DNA of 64,000 nucleotides, from NCBI GenBank assembly GCA_965279035.1, contig OZ257142.1, forward strand, positions 896,001 through 960,000. The letters are read 5' to 3'. Each line of letters begins with the position of its first letter. Within the stretch, counting starts at the first letter, position 1. The notes below the pieces were generated by a model. That model made no database searches, was not told the origin of the DNA, and saw only the letters and a list, made by a program, of their open reading frames with translations. Both the position numbers and the translations under genes were made by a program. Of the stretch, positions 1 through 10,350 are shown one piece after another. The stretch comes from Bacteroidia bacterium (lineage in GTDB: Bacteria > Bacteroidota > Bacteroidia > M30B66).

Positions 1-1089
1 GCTAAAAAGAATTTAGATAATTCGGCAAACTATGCCCTTGTTTATATTCCTAAAGGACAGGATGATAATCTTTTACTCACTCAAAAGAGCATCAAACTGT
101 ATTCGAAAGAGCAAGTGAGTTTGAACGTGAAAACGTATATCGCCAATCAAATTGAAAAGCAGATTGAGCGTGCCATGCTTAAATCGAGTGGGGTTGATAA
201 AGATTTGGTTGCAAGTATCGAAAAGGCAGTTCACGTTACGATTTCAACCGTTACTTCGGATCAAAAAAGCAAAAGTGATGTGAGTAATGATGTAGAAGTA
301 AGTACCATTTTAGGGGCTATTTCGGGATTTCTGATTTACTTTTTCATCTTCTTTTTTGGTGCTCAGGTAATGCGCGGAGTAATTGAAGAAAAAAACAACC
401 GCATTGTTGAAGTAATCATTTCGAGCGTAAAACCCTTTCAATTAATGATGGGGAAAATCATTGGAATTGCATTAGTTGGACTTACACAGTTTTTACTGTG
501 GGTAGTACTTACTGGAACACTCTATTCTACTTTCTTGAATACTGTTGTAAAAGATAAATATAGTGCGGAGAAAATTGAAATGCTCAAAGTAAAAAGTCCT
601 GATGGAACAGCTGTAGAAAACATTGATCAGATTACAGAAAACAGGGAAGTCATTGATGGAATTAATAGTGTCAATTGGGCTTTAATAATCCCCTGTTTCA
701 TATTCTACTTTCTCGGAGGATATCTCTTATATGGTGCGCTTTTCGCCGCTGTTGGAGGTGCTGTTGATACCGATTCGGATACTCAACAATTTGTTTTACC
801 CATTACAATTCCTCTCATTTTCTCATTCATTATGGCTCAAACTGTATTGAATGATCCAACTGGAGTTATGGCTCGTTGGCTTTCGATTATTCCATTCACA
901 TCACCCATTATCATGATGGTTCGATTACCTTTTCAAGTTCCTGTTTGGGAGCTCGTTTTATCCATGGTGATGCTAGTTTTGGGTTTTGTTTTCACTACGT
1001 GGATGGCCGGAAAAGTATACAGAACCGGAATTCTTATGTATGGAAAACGCGTAACATGGCGCGAAATGGCTCGTTGGCTTCGTTATTAA
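1..1089 (+). CDS. ABC-2 type transporter permease (NatB/YhaP-like), 5'-truncated by window edge
   Basis: Frame is open from base 1; contains the VMRGVIEEKNNRIVEVIISSVKPFQLMMGKIIG motif and multiple TM helices. Confidence 0.85.
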   Translation, partial: AKKNLDNSANYALVYIPKGQDDNLLLTQKSIKLYSKEQVSLNVKTYIANQIEKQIERAMLKSSGVDKDLVASIEKAVHVTISTVTSDQKSKSDVSNDVEVSTILGAISGFLIYFFIFFFGAQVMRGVIEEKNNRIVEVIISSVKPFQLMMGKIIGIALVGLTQFLLWVVLTGTLYSTFLNTVVKDKYSAEKIEMLKVKSPDGTAVENIDQITENREVIDGINSVNWALIIPCFIFYFLGGYLLYGALFAAVGGAVDTDSDTQQFVLPITIPLIFSFIMAQTVLNDPTGVMARWLSIIPFTSPIIMMVRLPFQVPVWELVLSMVMLVLGFVFTTWMAGKVYRTGILMYGKRVTWREMARWLRY

Positions 1090-1177
1090 TCTGTATAAAA
1101 CCGTTAATAACCTGTTAACATTCTATCCGGAATACCGCTTTCGGATTTCTTAACATTGGGGCTTCAATTTCTCTAGT

Positions 1178-2128
1178 GTGAAGCTTGCCATTATTGATAT
1201 CGGTACGAATACTTTTAAACTCATGATCGCCCGCGTTCAAGAGGACGGTCAGTTTATCGTTATTGATAAAGAAAAGATTCCTGTTAAGTTGGGAGAAGGT
1301 GGAATTAATAACCATGTGATTGCTCATAGTCCATTTTTACGTGGATTAAAAGCTATGAAAACCCACAAGGCTCGCATTGATCGATTTGAGGTCGATAAAA
1401 CGCTTGCCTTTGCTACATCTGCTATTCGGAGTGCTTCGAATGGAAAAGATTTCGTTAAAAAAGTGAAGTTGGAAACCGGGATCGATATTGAAATTATCTC
1501 TGGTGATCGCGAAGCAGAATTAATCTATTATGGTGTTCGGCAAGCACTCGATTTAGGTGCTGAGAAAAGCCTCATCATGGATATTGGCGGAGGAAGTACT
1601 GAATTTATAATAGCCGATAAAGACCGTATTTACTGGAAACATAGTTTTGATCTTGGAGCAGCTCGACTGTTGGAAGTAATCAATCCTTCGGAACCTATTA
1701 CAAAAGCAGAAATCAAAAAGCTGAAAGGATACCTGAAAGAACAAATGCTTATCCTTTGGGGCGCCTGTGAATTGCATTCAGTAAAATCACTTGTGGGCTC
1801 ATCGGGAAGTTTTGATTCCCTTGCTGAGATGATCTATTATCGGTATCATACGGAGGAAAATCCATTAGTGAAAACGGAATATAATTTCGATTTAGAACAT
1901 TTCGAAGCGATCTATAAAATCCTGATCAACTCAACAATTGAAAAGCGTTTTAAAATGAAAGGCTTAGCTGCAATGCGTGTTGAAATGATTGTTGTTGCAG
2001 TAATTATGATTAAATATGTGATGAAAAAAGTAGAATTAAATAAGATGCGTTTATCTACCTTTTCACTCAAAGAAGGAATTCTTTTTGACCATTTGCGCAC
2101 CAGTAAAGAACACGAAAATCATGGCTAA
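1178..2128 (+). CDS. ppx: Exopolyphosphatase / Ppx-GppA family phosphatase
   Basis: AIIDIGTNT, ATSAIRSA, EAELIY and DIGGGSTE ASKHA motifs; GTG start. Confidence 0.9.
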   Translation: MKLAIIDIGTNTFKLMIARVQEDGQFIVIDKEKIPVKLGEGGINNHVIAHSPFLRGLKAMKTHKARIDRFEVDKTLAFATSAIRSASNGKDFVKKVKLETGIDIEIISGDREAELIYYGVRQALDLGAEKSLIMDIGGGSTEFIIADKDRIYWKHSFDLGAARLLEVINPSEPITKAEIKKLKGYLKEQMLILWGACELHSVKSLVGSSGSFDSLAEMIYYRYHTEENPLVKTEYNFDLEHFEAIYKILINSTIEKRFKMKGLAAMRVEMIVVAVIMIKYVMKKVELNKMRLSTFSLKEGILFDHLRTSKEHENHG

Positions 2129-3284
2129 AATATTAATCGTAGACGATGAGCGTGCAATACGTAGCACTCTGAAAGAAATTCTCGAATACGAAAATCATCA
2201 AGTGGATGAAGCTGTTGATGGTGCAGAAGGCTGGGAAAAAATTCGAAATGGTGGATACGACATCTTGTTGAGCGATATCAAAATGCCTCGGATGGATGGA
2301 ACCGAGTTGCTTGAAAAAGTGTTGGCTCAAGGAATTGATTGTCCCGTTATCATGATTTCCGGTCACGGTACAATTGAAACAGCCGTTGAATGCATAAAGA
2401 AAGGAGCTTACGATTTTATTGCTAAGCCGCTAGATTTGAATCGTTTGATGATCACTTTGCGCAATGCCTTGGATAAATCAACCCTCATTCAAGAAACTAA
2501 AATCCTCAAGAAAAAAGTTAGTAAAACCGTTGATATGGTTGGTGAATCACCTGCAATCCGTAAGGTGAAAGACATGATTGAACGAGTTGCTCCAACCGAT
2601 GCACGTGTGCTAATTACTGGTCCTAATGGAACCGGAAAAGAATTGGTAGCTCGTTGGATTCATGCTAAAAGTAATCGCAACGAAGCCGCATTGATTGAAG
2701 TGAATTGTGCTGCAATCCCATCTGAGTTGATCGAAAGTGAATTATTCGGACATGAGAAAGGAGCTTTTACTAGTGCAATAAAACAACGGAAAGGACAGTT
2801 TGAATTAGCTCATGGTGGAACATTGTTCTTAGATGAAATTGGTGATATGAGCTTATCGGCACAGGCGAAAGTGCTCAGAGCATTGCAAGAAAACAAAATC
2901 ACACGCGTAGGAGGAGAGAAAGAAATTCCAGTAGATGTGCGCATTATTGCAGCTACCAATAAAAACTTGCAAGATGAAATTGGAAAAGGTCTTTTCAGAG
3001 AAGATTTATATCATCGCTTGAGTGTTATCATTATTCAAGTTCCTTCTTTAAATGAACGTTCTGAAGATATTCCACTATTGACAGACTATTTTCTCAAGTT
3101 AATCTGTACTGAATATGGAATGCCAATCAAAAACATCAAAGCAGATGCATTGGCGGAGCTTCAATCGCTTCAATGGACTGGAAATATTCGGGAATTCAGA
3201 AATGTCATTGAACGATTAATCATTCTTTGTGAAAAGGACATAACACGGGATGATGTTCGAACGTTTGCAAGACCAGCACGTTGA
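2121..3284 (+). CDS. Sigma-54-type (NtrC/NtrX-like) response regulator, REC + AAA+, no obvious C-terminal HTH
   Basis: REC domain (ILIVDDE, DIKMP), Walker A GPNGTGKE, GAFTSA, Walker B LFLDEIG; ATG at 2121 preferred to TTG at 2085. Confidence 0.9.
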   Translation: MAKILIVDDERAIRSTLKEILEYENHQVDEAVDGAEGWEKIRNGGYDILLSDIKMPRMDGTELLEKVLAQGIDCPVIMISGHGTIETAVECIKKGAYDFIAKPLDLNRLMITLRNALDKSTLIQETKILKKKVSKTVDMVGESPAIRKVKDMIERVAPTDARVLITGPNGTGKELVARWIHAKSNRNEAALIEVNCAAIPSELIESELFGHEKGAFTSAIKQRKGQFELAHGGTLFLDEIGDMSLSAQAKVLRALQENKITRVGGEKEIPVDVRIIAATNKNLQDEIGKGLFREDLYHRLSVIIIQVPSLNERSEDIPLLTDYFLKLICTEYGMPIKNIKADALAELQSLQWTGNIREFRNVIERLIILCEKDITRDDVRTFARPAR

Positions 3285-3307
3285 TCAATTTCATTAAATA
3301 ACAGGAT

Positions 3308-4549
3308 ATGCGTTTTATTCTAATCCTATTGTTATCTGTGTGTTTGTGCACTCATTGTGTTCAGTGCCAGATAACTCAATTTAGTCCTGGCTTGCAATCC
3401 ATGAAGAATGGAGATAACAATATGCAAGTGAATAATTTTCCTAAGGCCTATGAAGAATACTCAACCGCTATTGCAGTAGACCCAACATTAGCCGATGCTT
3501 ATTACAAACGAAGTATTGTTCTAACCAAAATGGCTCGATATACTGAGGCTTTGGCTGATCAAAACAAAGCACTGCAATTGAATCCTAACATTAATAATTT
3601 GTATGATTCACGTGGGCAATTACGAATGCTTGTTGAAGATTTTCCTGGTGCTATCGAAGACTATACGAAAGCAATAGAAAGCGATCCAACACAGTCGGAG
3701 CTTTATAACAAACTCGCGCATGCTCATATGGCTTCGGGCGATTTTAAATCGGCAGTGGATGATTATACTACCATGATTTCGCTTGATCCCAATGATACAT
3801 TAGCTTTTATATGCCGATCCATTGCATGGTTGAATTTAAATGAATTAGATTTTGCTCAATCGGACATTACGAAAGCACGAAGCCTAAATTCAGAAAGCTC
3901 CTTAGTTTCGGAAGTTCAAGGATTGATTTTCATTGAGCGGAAGGACTATGCATCTGCAATAAAATCATTCGACAAAGCGATCATTTCAAATCCTCAATTT
4001 GCGCTTGCCTATTATAACAGAGGAATTGCGAAAAAGCTCAATGATGATAATGCGGGTGCAGAATTAGATTTTACAAAATCCATTGAGCTTGACCATGATT
4101 TGAAGTCGGCCTATTTTAATCGTGCCATGGCTCGGAAAAAACTAGGAAACGAAGCCGAAGCATTGGAAGATTACAACAAAGCAATTCAATTAGATAAAGA
4201 ATATGCTGAAGCAGTTTTTTTTCGTGGCTTGACAAAAAAACTACTTGGTGATTATGAAGGTGCAATTGAAGACTATAACCAAAGTGCTGTTTTGAACCCA
4301 AATGATCCGGAGATTTATAATAATCGAGCAAATGTGAGGATGCTATTTGGAGATTATAACTCAGCAATTGCTGATTACAACAAAGCCATTCAACTACGCA
4401 ACGATTACGGAATTGCATATTATAATCGAGCTATTGCCTTTATAATGATGAGCAAGCGAAACAATGCCTGCGACGATTTGCAACAAAGTAAAACACTAGG
4501 TTACGAGCCCGCCAAACAAGCAATCAATGATTTTTGCACCAATCGATAA
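3308..4549 (+). CDS. Exported tetratricopeptide repeat protein
   Basis: Signal peptide followed by about 11 AYYNRG..AI.DY.KAI repeats of 34 aa. Confidence 0.9.
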   Translation: MRFILILLLSVCLCTHCVQCQITQFSPGLQSMKNGDNNMQVNNFPKAYEEYSTAIAVDPTLADAYYKRSIVLTKMARYTEALADQNKALQLNPNINNLYDSRGQLRMLVEDFPGAIEDYTKAIESDPTQSELYNKLAHAHMASGDFKSAVDDYTTMISLDPNDTLAFICRSIAWLNLNELDFAQSDITKARSLNSESSLVSEVQGLIFIERKDYASAIKSFDKAIISNPQFALAYYNRGIAKKLNDDNAGAELDFTKSIELDHDLKSAYFNRAMARKKLGNEAEALEDYNKAIQLDKEYAEAVFFRGLTKKLLGDYEGAIEDYNQSAVLNPNDPEIYNNRANVRMLFGDYNSAIADYNKAIQLRNDYGIAYYNRAIAFIMMSKRNNACDDLQQSKTLGYEPAKQAINDFCTNR

Positions 4550-4550
4550 T

Positions 4551-5810
4551 ATGCGTTATCTACTTCTACTTTGCTTTTTATATAGTACTGTTTCAGCACA
4601 AAATCTGGGTACGAAAAAAGTGCTATGGATAGGGAATAGTTATACCTATGTGAACGACTTGCCAACGATGTTTCGACTTTTGGCATTGAGTGGCGGTGAT
4701 TCAATCATCGTAGATTCGAGTACTCCCGGTGGATATTCATTTGCGGCACATTCTACTTACACAACGACACTCCAGAAACTAGCTGCCAATAACAACGATT
4801 TTGTTGTTCTTCAAGCTCAAAGTCAGGAACCTTCTTTTCCTCCTTTTCAAGTGGAATCGGAAACGTTTCCCTATGCCCATATTCTCGATTCATTAGCAAA
4901 AGCAGGTTCTCCCTGTTCTCAAACCGTATTTTACATGACTTGGGGAAGGAAATATGGTGATTCTCAAAATTGTGCGAGCTATCCACCACTGTGTACTTTC
5001 GAAGGAATGAATGATCGACTTCGATGGGCTTACAAACAAATGGCTGATGACAATGAAGCTCTTGTGTCGCCTGCCGGAACTGCCTGGAGGAAAAGCTGGG
5101 AAGCCGATTCAACAATCAATCTTTGGTCGGTCGATAATTCGCATCCGAGTGTTGCTGGTTCCTACCTCACGGCCTGTGTGTTTTATGGAACAATCTTACG
5201 GAAATCACCAGTAGGCTTGACTTATACCGCCGGACTTAGCACCGAACAATCGGGCTTTCTGCAGAATATTGCATTTCAAACAGTGTTTGATAGTTTGGAC
5301 ACATGGAACATCAGTCGATGGGATGTGAAATCAGATTTTACCTTTCTGCTAGATGGACTTTCGATCCAAACAAGCAATCAATCACACAATGCGGATTCGT
5401 ATACATGGGATTTTGGTGATGGTGAAACGAGTACTGAAATTTCTCCAAACCATAATTACACAGTTGGAGATGGTAGCTTTTTTACTATTAAACTCATTGC
5501 TACAGATAGCTGTAATTCAGATACAAGCAGTTTTCAAATTGAGATAAATACTGAAGGCATTCAAGCTAAAAAGGATGAATTTACTTGGCGTGTATATCCC
5601 AATCCTGCGAATTCGTTCGTCATGATTCAAGCATCTCACAAGAAGATGTTTGATATTCGAATTTATAGTGCAGATGGCAGTTTAACCAAGCATTATAAGG
5701 AATCGGGTGAATTGATTCCAATTCCCTTAGAAGGACTTGCTCCTGGAATGTATCAGGTTGTTTGTCAATCGGGAAAAGAGCAGCAAATTTTTCGATTAAT
5801 AAAAAACTGA
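4551..5810 (+). CDS. SGNH-type hydrolase (DUF4886-like) with PKD domain and T9SS type A C-terminal domain
   Basis: Signal peptide, WIGNSYT and DNSHP motifs, YTWDFGDG (PKD), VYPNPA...GMY CTD. Confidence 0.75.
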   Translation: MRYLLLLCFLYSTVSAQNLGTKKVLWIGNSYTYVNDLPTMFRLLALSGGDSIIVDSSTPGGYSFAAHSTYTTTLQKLAANNNDFVVLQAQSQEPSFPPFQVESETFPYAHILDSLAKAGSPCSQTVFYMTWGRKYGDSQNCASYPPLCTFEGMNDRLRWAYKQMADDNEALVSPAGTAWRKSWEADSTINLWSVDNSHPSVAGSYLTACVFYGTILRKSPVGLTYTAGLSTEQSGFLQNIAFQTVFDSLDTWNISRWDVKSDFTFLLDGLSIQTSNQSHNADSYTWDFGDGETSTEISPNHNYTVGDGSFFTIKLIATDSCNSDTSSFQIEINTEGIQAKKDEFTWRVYPNPANSFVMIQASHKKMFDIRIYSADGSLTKHYKESGELIPIPLEGLAPGMYQVVCQSGKEQQIFRLIKN

Positions 5811-5813
5811 GTT

Positions 5814-8240
5814 CTATCCTCTTAGTTCGGCGCCCAATTGATCAACATAGGCTTTGATTAAACGATCCATGGTTTTATCAATCTGCTTGTCGGTCAGTGT
5901 TTGTTCTTCATCCAGAAAAGTAAAAGCAACAGCATAGGATTTTTTACCATTGGGCAATTTATCTCCTTGATACACATCAAAAAGTTGCACATCCTTCAAT
6001 AGTTTTCTTTCAGTTCCACGGGCAATCTGTACAATTTTATCGAAGCCAGTTCCTTTATCCAATAACATCGATAAATCTCTTCTTACAGAAGGGAAACGCG
6101 GCACTTCTTCATATTCTAAACGATAGCGTTTATACACCATCAGCAGTTGATCCCATTGGCAGTCGGCAATCCAAACGGGCTCGTCAATCCCGTATAATTT
6201 TCGAATATCAGCGTTCAGGGAACCAATTACAGCCAATTCATATTTTTTCAACTTGAAGCTGAAGGATTCTTCAAACGCAGGATTCTCTATGGGAGTTATT
6301 TCGATGGAAAGAGGATCTATTCCTAGCAATCTGAAAATACTTTCTACTGCCCCTTTTATTTGAAAGTAGCCTGATTTTTTTTGACTTTCGTGCCAGCTTT
6401 CTTTCGTTGCAGCGCCTGTTACAGCAAGCATTAGCTTTTGATCTTCTTGATATCCTTCCTCTTTTTTGAAATAAGTTTTTCCCCATTCAAATAAGGCTAA
6501 ATCGGCTTGTTGACGATTTCGATTCCAAGCAATGGTTTCGCACACACCAAAAATCAAACTCTGGCGCATAATATTGAGCTCGGAGCTTAATGGATTGAGG
6601 ATTTCAACAGCTTTCCCTAATTCTGGAAGAATGAAGTTGGTTGTATTTCCAGCAGTGAGCGAGTTATTTAAAATCTCAGTGAATCCAATGCTGCACAAAT
6701 GATCGCTCAGATGGTTTTTCAATTTCCAAACATCTGGTTTTTCAGCAATGGCTGTTGAAGCCCTAACTTGAGTTGGGATAGCAATGGTGTTGTATCCGTA
6801 AATGCGTAGAACTTCTTCCACTACATCGTTAGGATTTTTTACATCAACTTTAAAAGGAGGAATGCTTAATTTCAATCCTTTATTACTTTCTGCTTCTACA
6901 CGAATTCCAAGTTTACCGAGGATTTTAACAACCGTTTCCTGAGGAATAATTTCACCCACCAAGCGGTCTAAGGTATTCCAAGTAAGTTCTACGGCAGCCC
7001 ATTCAGTAGGTTGAGGATAGTAATCACTGTATCCACCCGAAACAGTTCCACCAGCCAATTCGATAATTAAACTGGCAATACGTTCCAGCGCAACCACAGG
7101 CATTTCGGGATCTGTACCTCGTTCAAAACGGAACGAAGAATCGGTTTTTAATCCCAGTGCTCGGGAAGTTTTCCTAACCCAAACCGGATGAAAGGTTGCC
7201 GATTCTATAAAGATTGAGGTTGTAGTTTCTTTCACTCCCGAATCCAAACCACCAAAAACACCAGCGATACAGAGTGGTTTTTCCGCATCACATATCATCA
7301 AATCGTTTGCTCCAAGTTTTTGTTCTTGTCCGTCGAGCGTGATAAAACGAGTTCCTTCGGGACAAGTTCTTAGCACTATCTTATTTCCTGCAATGTTTTG
7401 TTGATCGAATGCATGGAGCGGTTGTCCAGTTTCGTGCATGACGAAATTTGTTACATCAACCACATTATTGATCGATTTCAACCCTATTGCTTTCAACGCA
7501 TTTTGGAGCCATGCAGGACTTTCTTTCACTTGAATTCCTTCGATTGAAACACCAGCGTAGCGAATAACCGCCTCTTTACATTCAACCGAAACCTCAATTG
7601 GTCCTTTACCTTCACTTAGGTGAACTGTTGGTTCAGGGAAATTTAATAAGTAAGAATCATCTTTGTACATGGTTGCAACCAGATCGCGAGCAACACCAAA
7701 ATGCGACATGGCATCTGTACGATTGGGTGTAAGTCCAATTTCGAGAACTTTATCTTTCACAACATGGTAAAGCTCCGAAACGAGCATTCCTGTTGGAGTT
7801 TCGTTAGGAAGAACAATAATTCCTGCATGACTTTCACCTAAGCCAATTTCATCATCAGCGCAAAGCATTCCTTGAGAAAGTTCACCACGAATTCGACTTT
7901 CTTTGATGGTGAAGGGCTCAGATCCAGTAGGGTAGAGCGTTGCTCCAATGGTGGCAACAATCACTTTTTGACCTGTTGCTACATTGGGTGCACCGCAAAC
8001 AATAGAAAGAAGATCACCTGAGGCAATATCAACGGTAGTTAATCGAAGACGGTCGGCGTTGGGATGCTGAATGCATGATTTTACTTCACCTACAACAAGG
8101 CCTTCGAAAGCACCTTGATGACTTTCAAAACGTTCGATTCCTTCCACTTCGAGACCAGATGCAGTCAGTAGTTTGGAGGTTTCTTCAATTGATGGAATTG
8201 GAGAAATATAGCGTTGAAGCCAGTTGTAAGAGATTTTCAT
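5814..8240 (-). CDS. pheT: Phenylalanine--tRNA ligase beta subunit
   Basis: MKISYNWL, HPNADRL, CGAPNV, TPNRTD, RFERG and a C-terminal FDX-ACB domain. Confidence 0.98.
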   Translation of the reverse strand: MKISYNWLQRYISPIPSIEETSKLLTASGLEVEGIERFESHQGAFEGLVVGEVKSCIQHPNADRLRLTTVDIASGDLLSIVCGAPNVATGQKVIVATIGATLYPTGSEPFTIKESRIRGELSQGMLCADDEIGLGESHAGIIVLPNETPTGMLVSELYHVVKDKVLEIGLTPNRTDAMSHFGVARDLVATMYKDDSYLLNFPEPTVHLSEGKGPIEVSVECKEAVIRYAGVSIEGIQVKESPAWLQNALKAIGLKSINNVVDVTNFVMHETGQPLHAFDQQNIAGNKIVLRTCPEGTRFITLDGQEQKLGANDLMICDAEKPLCIAGVFGGLDSGVKETTTSIFIESATFHPVWVRKTSRALGLKTDSSFRFERGTDPEMPVVALERIASLIIELAGGTVSGGYSDYYPQPTEWAAVELTWNTLDRLVGEIIPQETVVKILGKLGIRVEAESNKGLKLSIPPFKVDVKNPNDVVEEVLRIYGYNTIAIPTQVRASTAIAEKPDVWKLKNHLSDHLCSIGFTEILNNSLTAGNTTNFILPELGKAVEILNPLSSELNIMRQSLIFGVCETIAWNRNRQQADLALFEWGKTYFKKEEGYQEDQKLMLAVTGAATKESWHESQKKSGYFQIKGAVESIFRLLGIDPLSIEITPIENPAFEESFSFKLKKYELAVIGSLNADIRKLYGIDEPVWIADCQWDQLLMVYKRYRLEYEEVPRFPSVRRDLSMLLDKGTGFDKIVQIARGTERKLLKDVQLFDVYQGDKLPNGKKSYAVAFTFLDEEQTLTDKQIDKTMDRLIKAYVDQLGAELRG

Positions 8241-8346
8241 TGTATTCGAATTCGGGCGCTAAAGTACAAGGAATGATGATGTCATTCAAAATTGGATTCT
8301 TTCCCTTTAGAGTATAGGGAAAGCTGGAAGAATGATGAGAAAGAAT

Positions 8347-9213
8347 TTATTTCAAAAAGAATCCGGTTAGGAAAAACACGGCAAACAAAACACTTGCAAC
8401 GCCATTGGTTGTTCCAAAAGCCAAATTCACTCTACTTAAATCATCGTGTTTTACAATGCTGTGTTGGTAAACGAGCAAGGACAGAAAAACGGCTGATCCA
8501 AGCCAATAGAAAAGGCCAAAATTTCCAATCAAACCTGCACCAGCTATGCATAATGCTGTGCAAAAATGCAATGCACTTGAAAGGAGTAAAGCTTTCTTGG
8601 CACCAAGCCAAACGGGAATGCTAAAGAGTTCTTCGGAACGATCAAATTCTTCGTCCTGCAAGGCATAAATCACATCGAAACCGGCTGTCCAAAAAAGTAC
8701 GGCAAACGAAAACATCAATGGGAGAAAAGAGAATTCGCCTGTAACAGCGAGGAATGCACCAATGGGAGCAAGCGATAAACCGAGTCCGAGAACAAGGTGA
8801 CAAAGCCAGGTAAACCGTTTAGTAAGACTGTATCCTAAAATTACGGCAAGTGCAATGGGCGATAAGAAAAAGCAAAGTGGATTGATGAACCAGGTTGTGG
8901 TAACGAATAAAGCCGACATGCTAATAACAAACAATAATGCGGCTTTCGGAGAAATTATTCCAGATGGAATTTCACGTATGGCTGTTCGTGCATTTTTTTC
9001 ATCAAAGCGACGGTCGATGTATCGATTAAAGCCCATAGCAGCGCTGCGAGCGAAGATCATACAAAGAACCACCTTTAAAAATAAAGACCAATCAGGTGAT
9101 GCACCGAGATATTCAACGCCGAGGAAAAAGCCAATTACCGCAAAGGGTAAGGCAAAAACTGTGTGACTAAATTTTACGAGAGAGAAATAATGTTTAATAG
9201 AGATACTGCTCAT
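8347..9213 (-). CDS. UbiA-family polyprenyltransferase (MqnP-like, futalosine pathway)
   Basis: [36 protein letters not shown] and [10 protein letters not shown] are typical of the MqnP/UbiA-like group. Confidence 0.85.
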   Translation of the reverse strand: MSSISIKHYFSLVKFSHTVFALPFAVIGFFLGVEYLGASPDWSLFLKVVLCMIFARSAAMGFNRYIDRRFDEKNARTAIREIPSGIISPKAALLFVISMSALFVTTTWFINPLCFFLSPIALAVILGYSLTKRFTWLCHLVLGLGLSLAPIGAFLAVTGEFSFLPLMFSFAVLFWTAGFDVIYALQDEEFDRSEELFSIPVWLGAKKALLLSSALHFCTALCIAGAGLIGNFGLFYWLGSAVFLSLLVYQHSIVKHDDLSRVNLAFGTTNGVASVLFAVFFLTGFFLK

Positions 9214-9830
9214 CGTTGCAGAGTTTGTTCAAAAGGAGTTCGGTGCAGAATGGAGCGACCAAGGGTAACTTCATCGGCATATTCGAGTTCATCGCCAACG
9301 GCAACACCACGGGCAAGTGTGCTAATTTTTATTGGAAACTCTTTTAATTTTCGGTAGAGATAAAAATTGGTTGTATCACCTTCCATTGTTGCACTCAACG
9401 CCATGATGATTTCGCGAACTTCACCTTGAGCAACACGCTGAATGAGGCTGTCGATTTCTAAATCCGAAGGTCCAATTCCATCCATTGGAGAAATAATTCC
9501 TCCCATAACATGATATAATCCTCGGTATTGTTGCGTGTTTTCAAGCGCCATCACATCCCGAATGTCTTCTACAACACAGATGGTTTCTTTGTCGCGCCGA
9601 GTGTCAGAACAAATGGAGCAAACAACTGTGTCGGAAACATTGTGGCAACTAGAACAAAAGAGAATATCTGTTCTTAAACGAACAAAGGCATTTGAAAACT
9701 GCTCCACTTCATGTTTTTCTCTACGAAGTAAATGCAAGACCAATCTTAGCGCTGTCTTTTTACCAATTCCAGGAAGCGAAGACATTTCGTTTACGGCATC
9801 TTCGAGTAGTCGAGAAGGGAAACTCTGCAT
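9210..9830 (-). CDS. recR: Recombination mediator RecR
   Basis: LPGIGKKTA HhH, C4 zinc finger, ICVVE toprim, [14 protein letters not shown]. Confidence 0.98.
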   Translation of the reverse strand: MQSFPSRLLEDAVNEMSSLPGIGKKTALRLVLHLLRREKHEVEQFSNAFVRLRTDILFCSSCHNVSDTVVCSICSDTRRDKETICVVEDIRDVMALENTQQYRGLYHVMGGIISPMDGIGPSDLEIDSLIQRVAQGEVREIIMALSATMEGDTTNFYLYRKLKEFPIKISTLARGVAVGDELEYADEVTLGRSILHRTPFEQTLQR

Positions 9831-9837
9831 AGGTTTG

Positions 9838-9845
9838 CAAAGGTA
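9838..9845 (-). promoter_or_regulatory. Bacteroidota -7 promoter element TACCTTTG for recR-ubiA
   Basis: Exact TAnnTTTG match ending 8 nt before the recR ATG. Confidence 0.6.
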
Positions 9846-9933
9846 ACAGAAGCAACGGAGGAAGGTTGAGATTTGGAAGATTTTTCAATGACATACGTCA
9901 AGAAATCAGCATCTTTGAATTCAATCGGGAAAT

Positions 9934-10251
9934 ATGAAAACTACAGGTCGTTACCAATCTTTCAAGGAATTCTACCCATATTATTTAACGGAACATCAGA
10001 ATTTTGCATGCAGAGTGTTACATTTTATTGGAACCTGTTTGTTTTTCGACTTGTTGATTTTAGGTCTATTGATTAAGGATAGCAACCTGTTTCTTCTCAT
10101 GCCCTTTGTAGGATATGGTTTCGCTTGGATTGGACATTTCTTCTTTGAAAAAAATAAACCAGCAACATTTCAGTATCCTCTTTACAGTTTGTTTTCGGAT
10201 TTCAAACTCTTTTTTCAATTGGTTCTAGGAACGCAATCTTTTCGTGCTTAA
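9934..10251 (+). CDS. DUF962 / Mpo1-like small membrane protein
   Basis: FKEFYPYYLTEH, LHFIGT, GYGFAWIGHFFFEKNKPATF. Confidence 0.85.
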   Translation: MKTTGRYQSFKEFYPYYLTEHQNFACRVLHFIGTCLFFDLLILGLLIKDSNLFLLMPFVGYGFAWIGHFFFEKNKPATFQYPLYSLFSDFKLFFQLVLGTQSFRA

Positions 10252-10350
10252 ATCAGTTCAATTGTTGAATTACAGTTTATGAGCATGTTGGTTTTCATAA
10301 CTGATGAAACCGGAAGGCAAAATTGTTTGCTCTTCGATTAGTTTTGTTGA

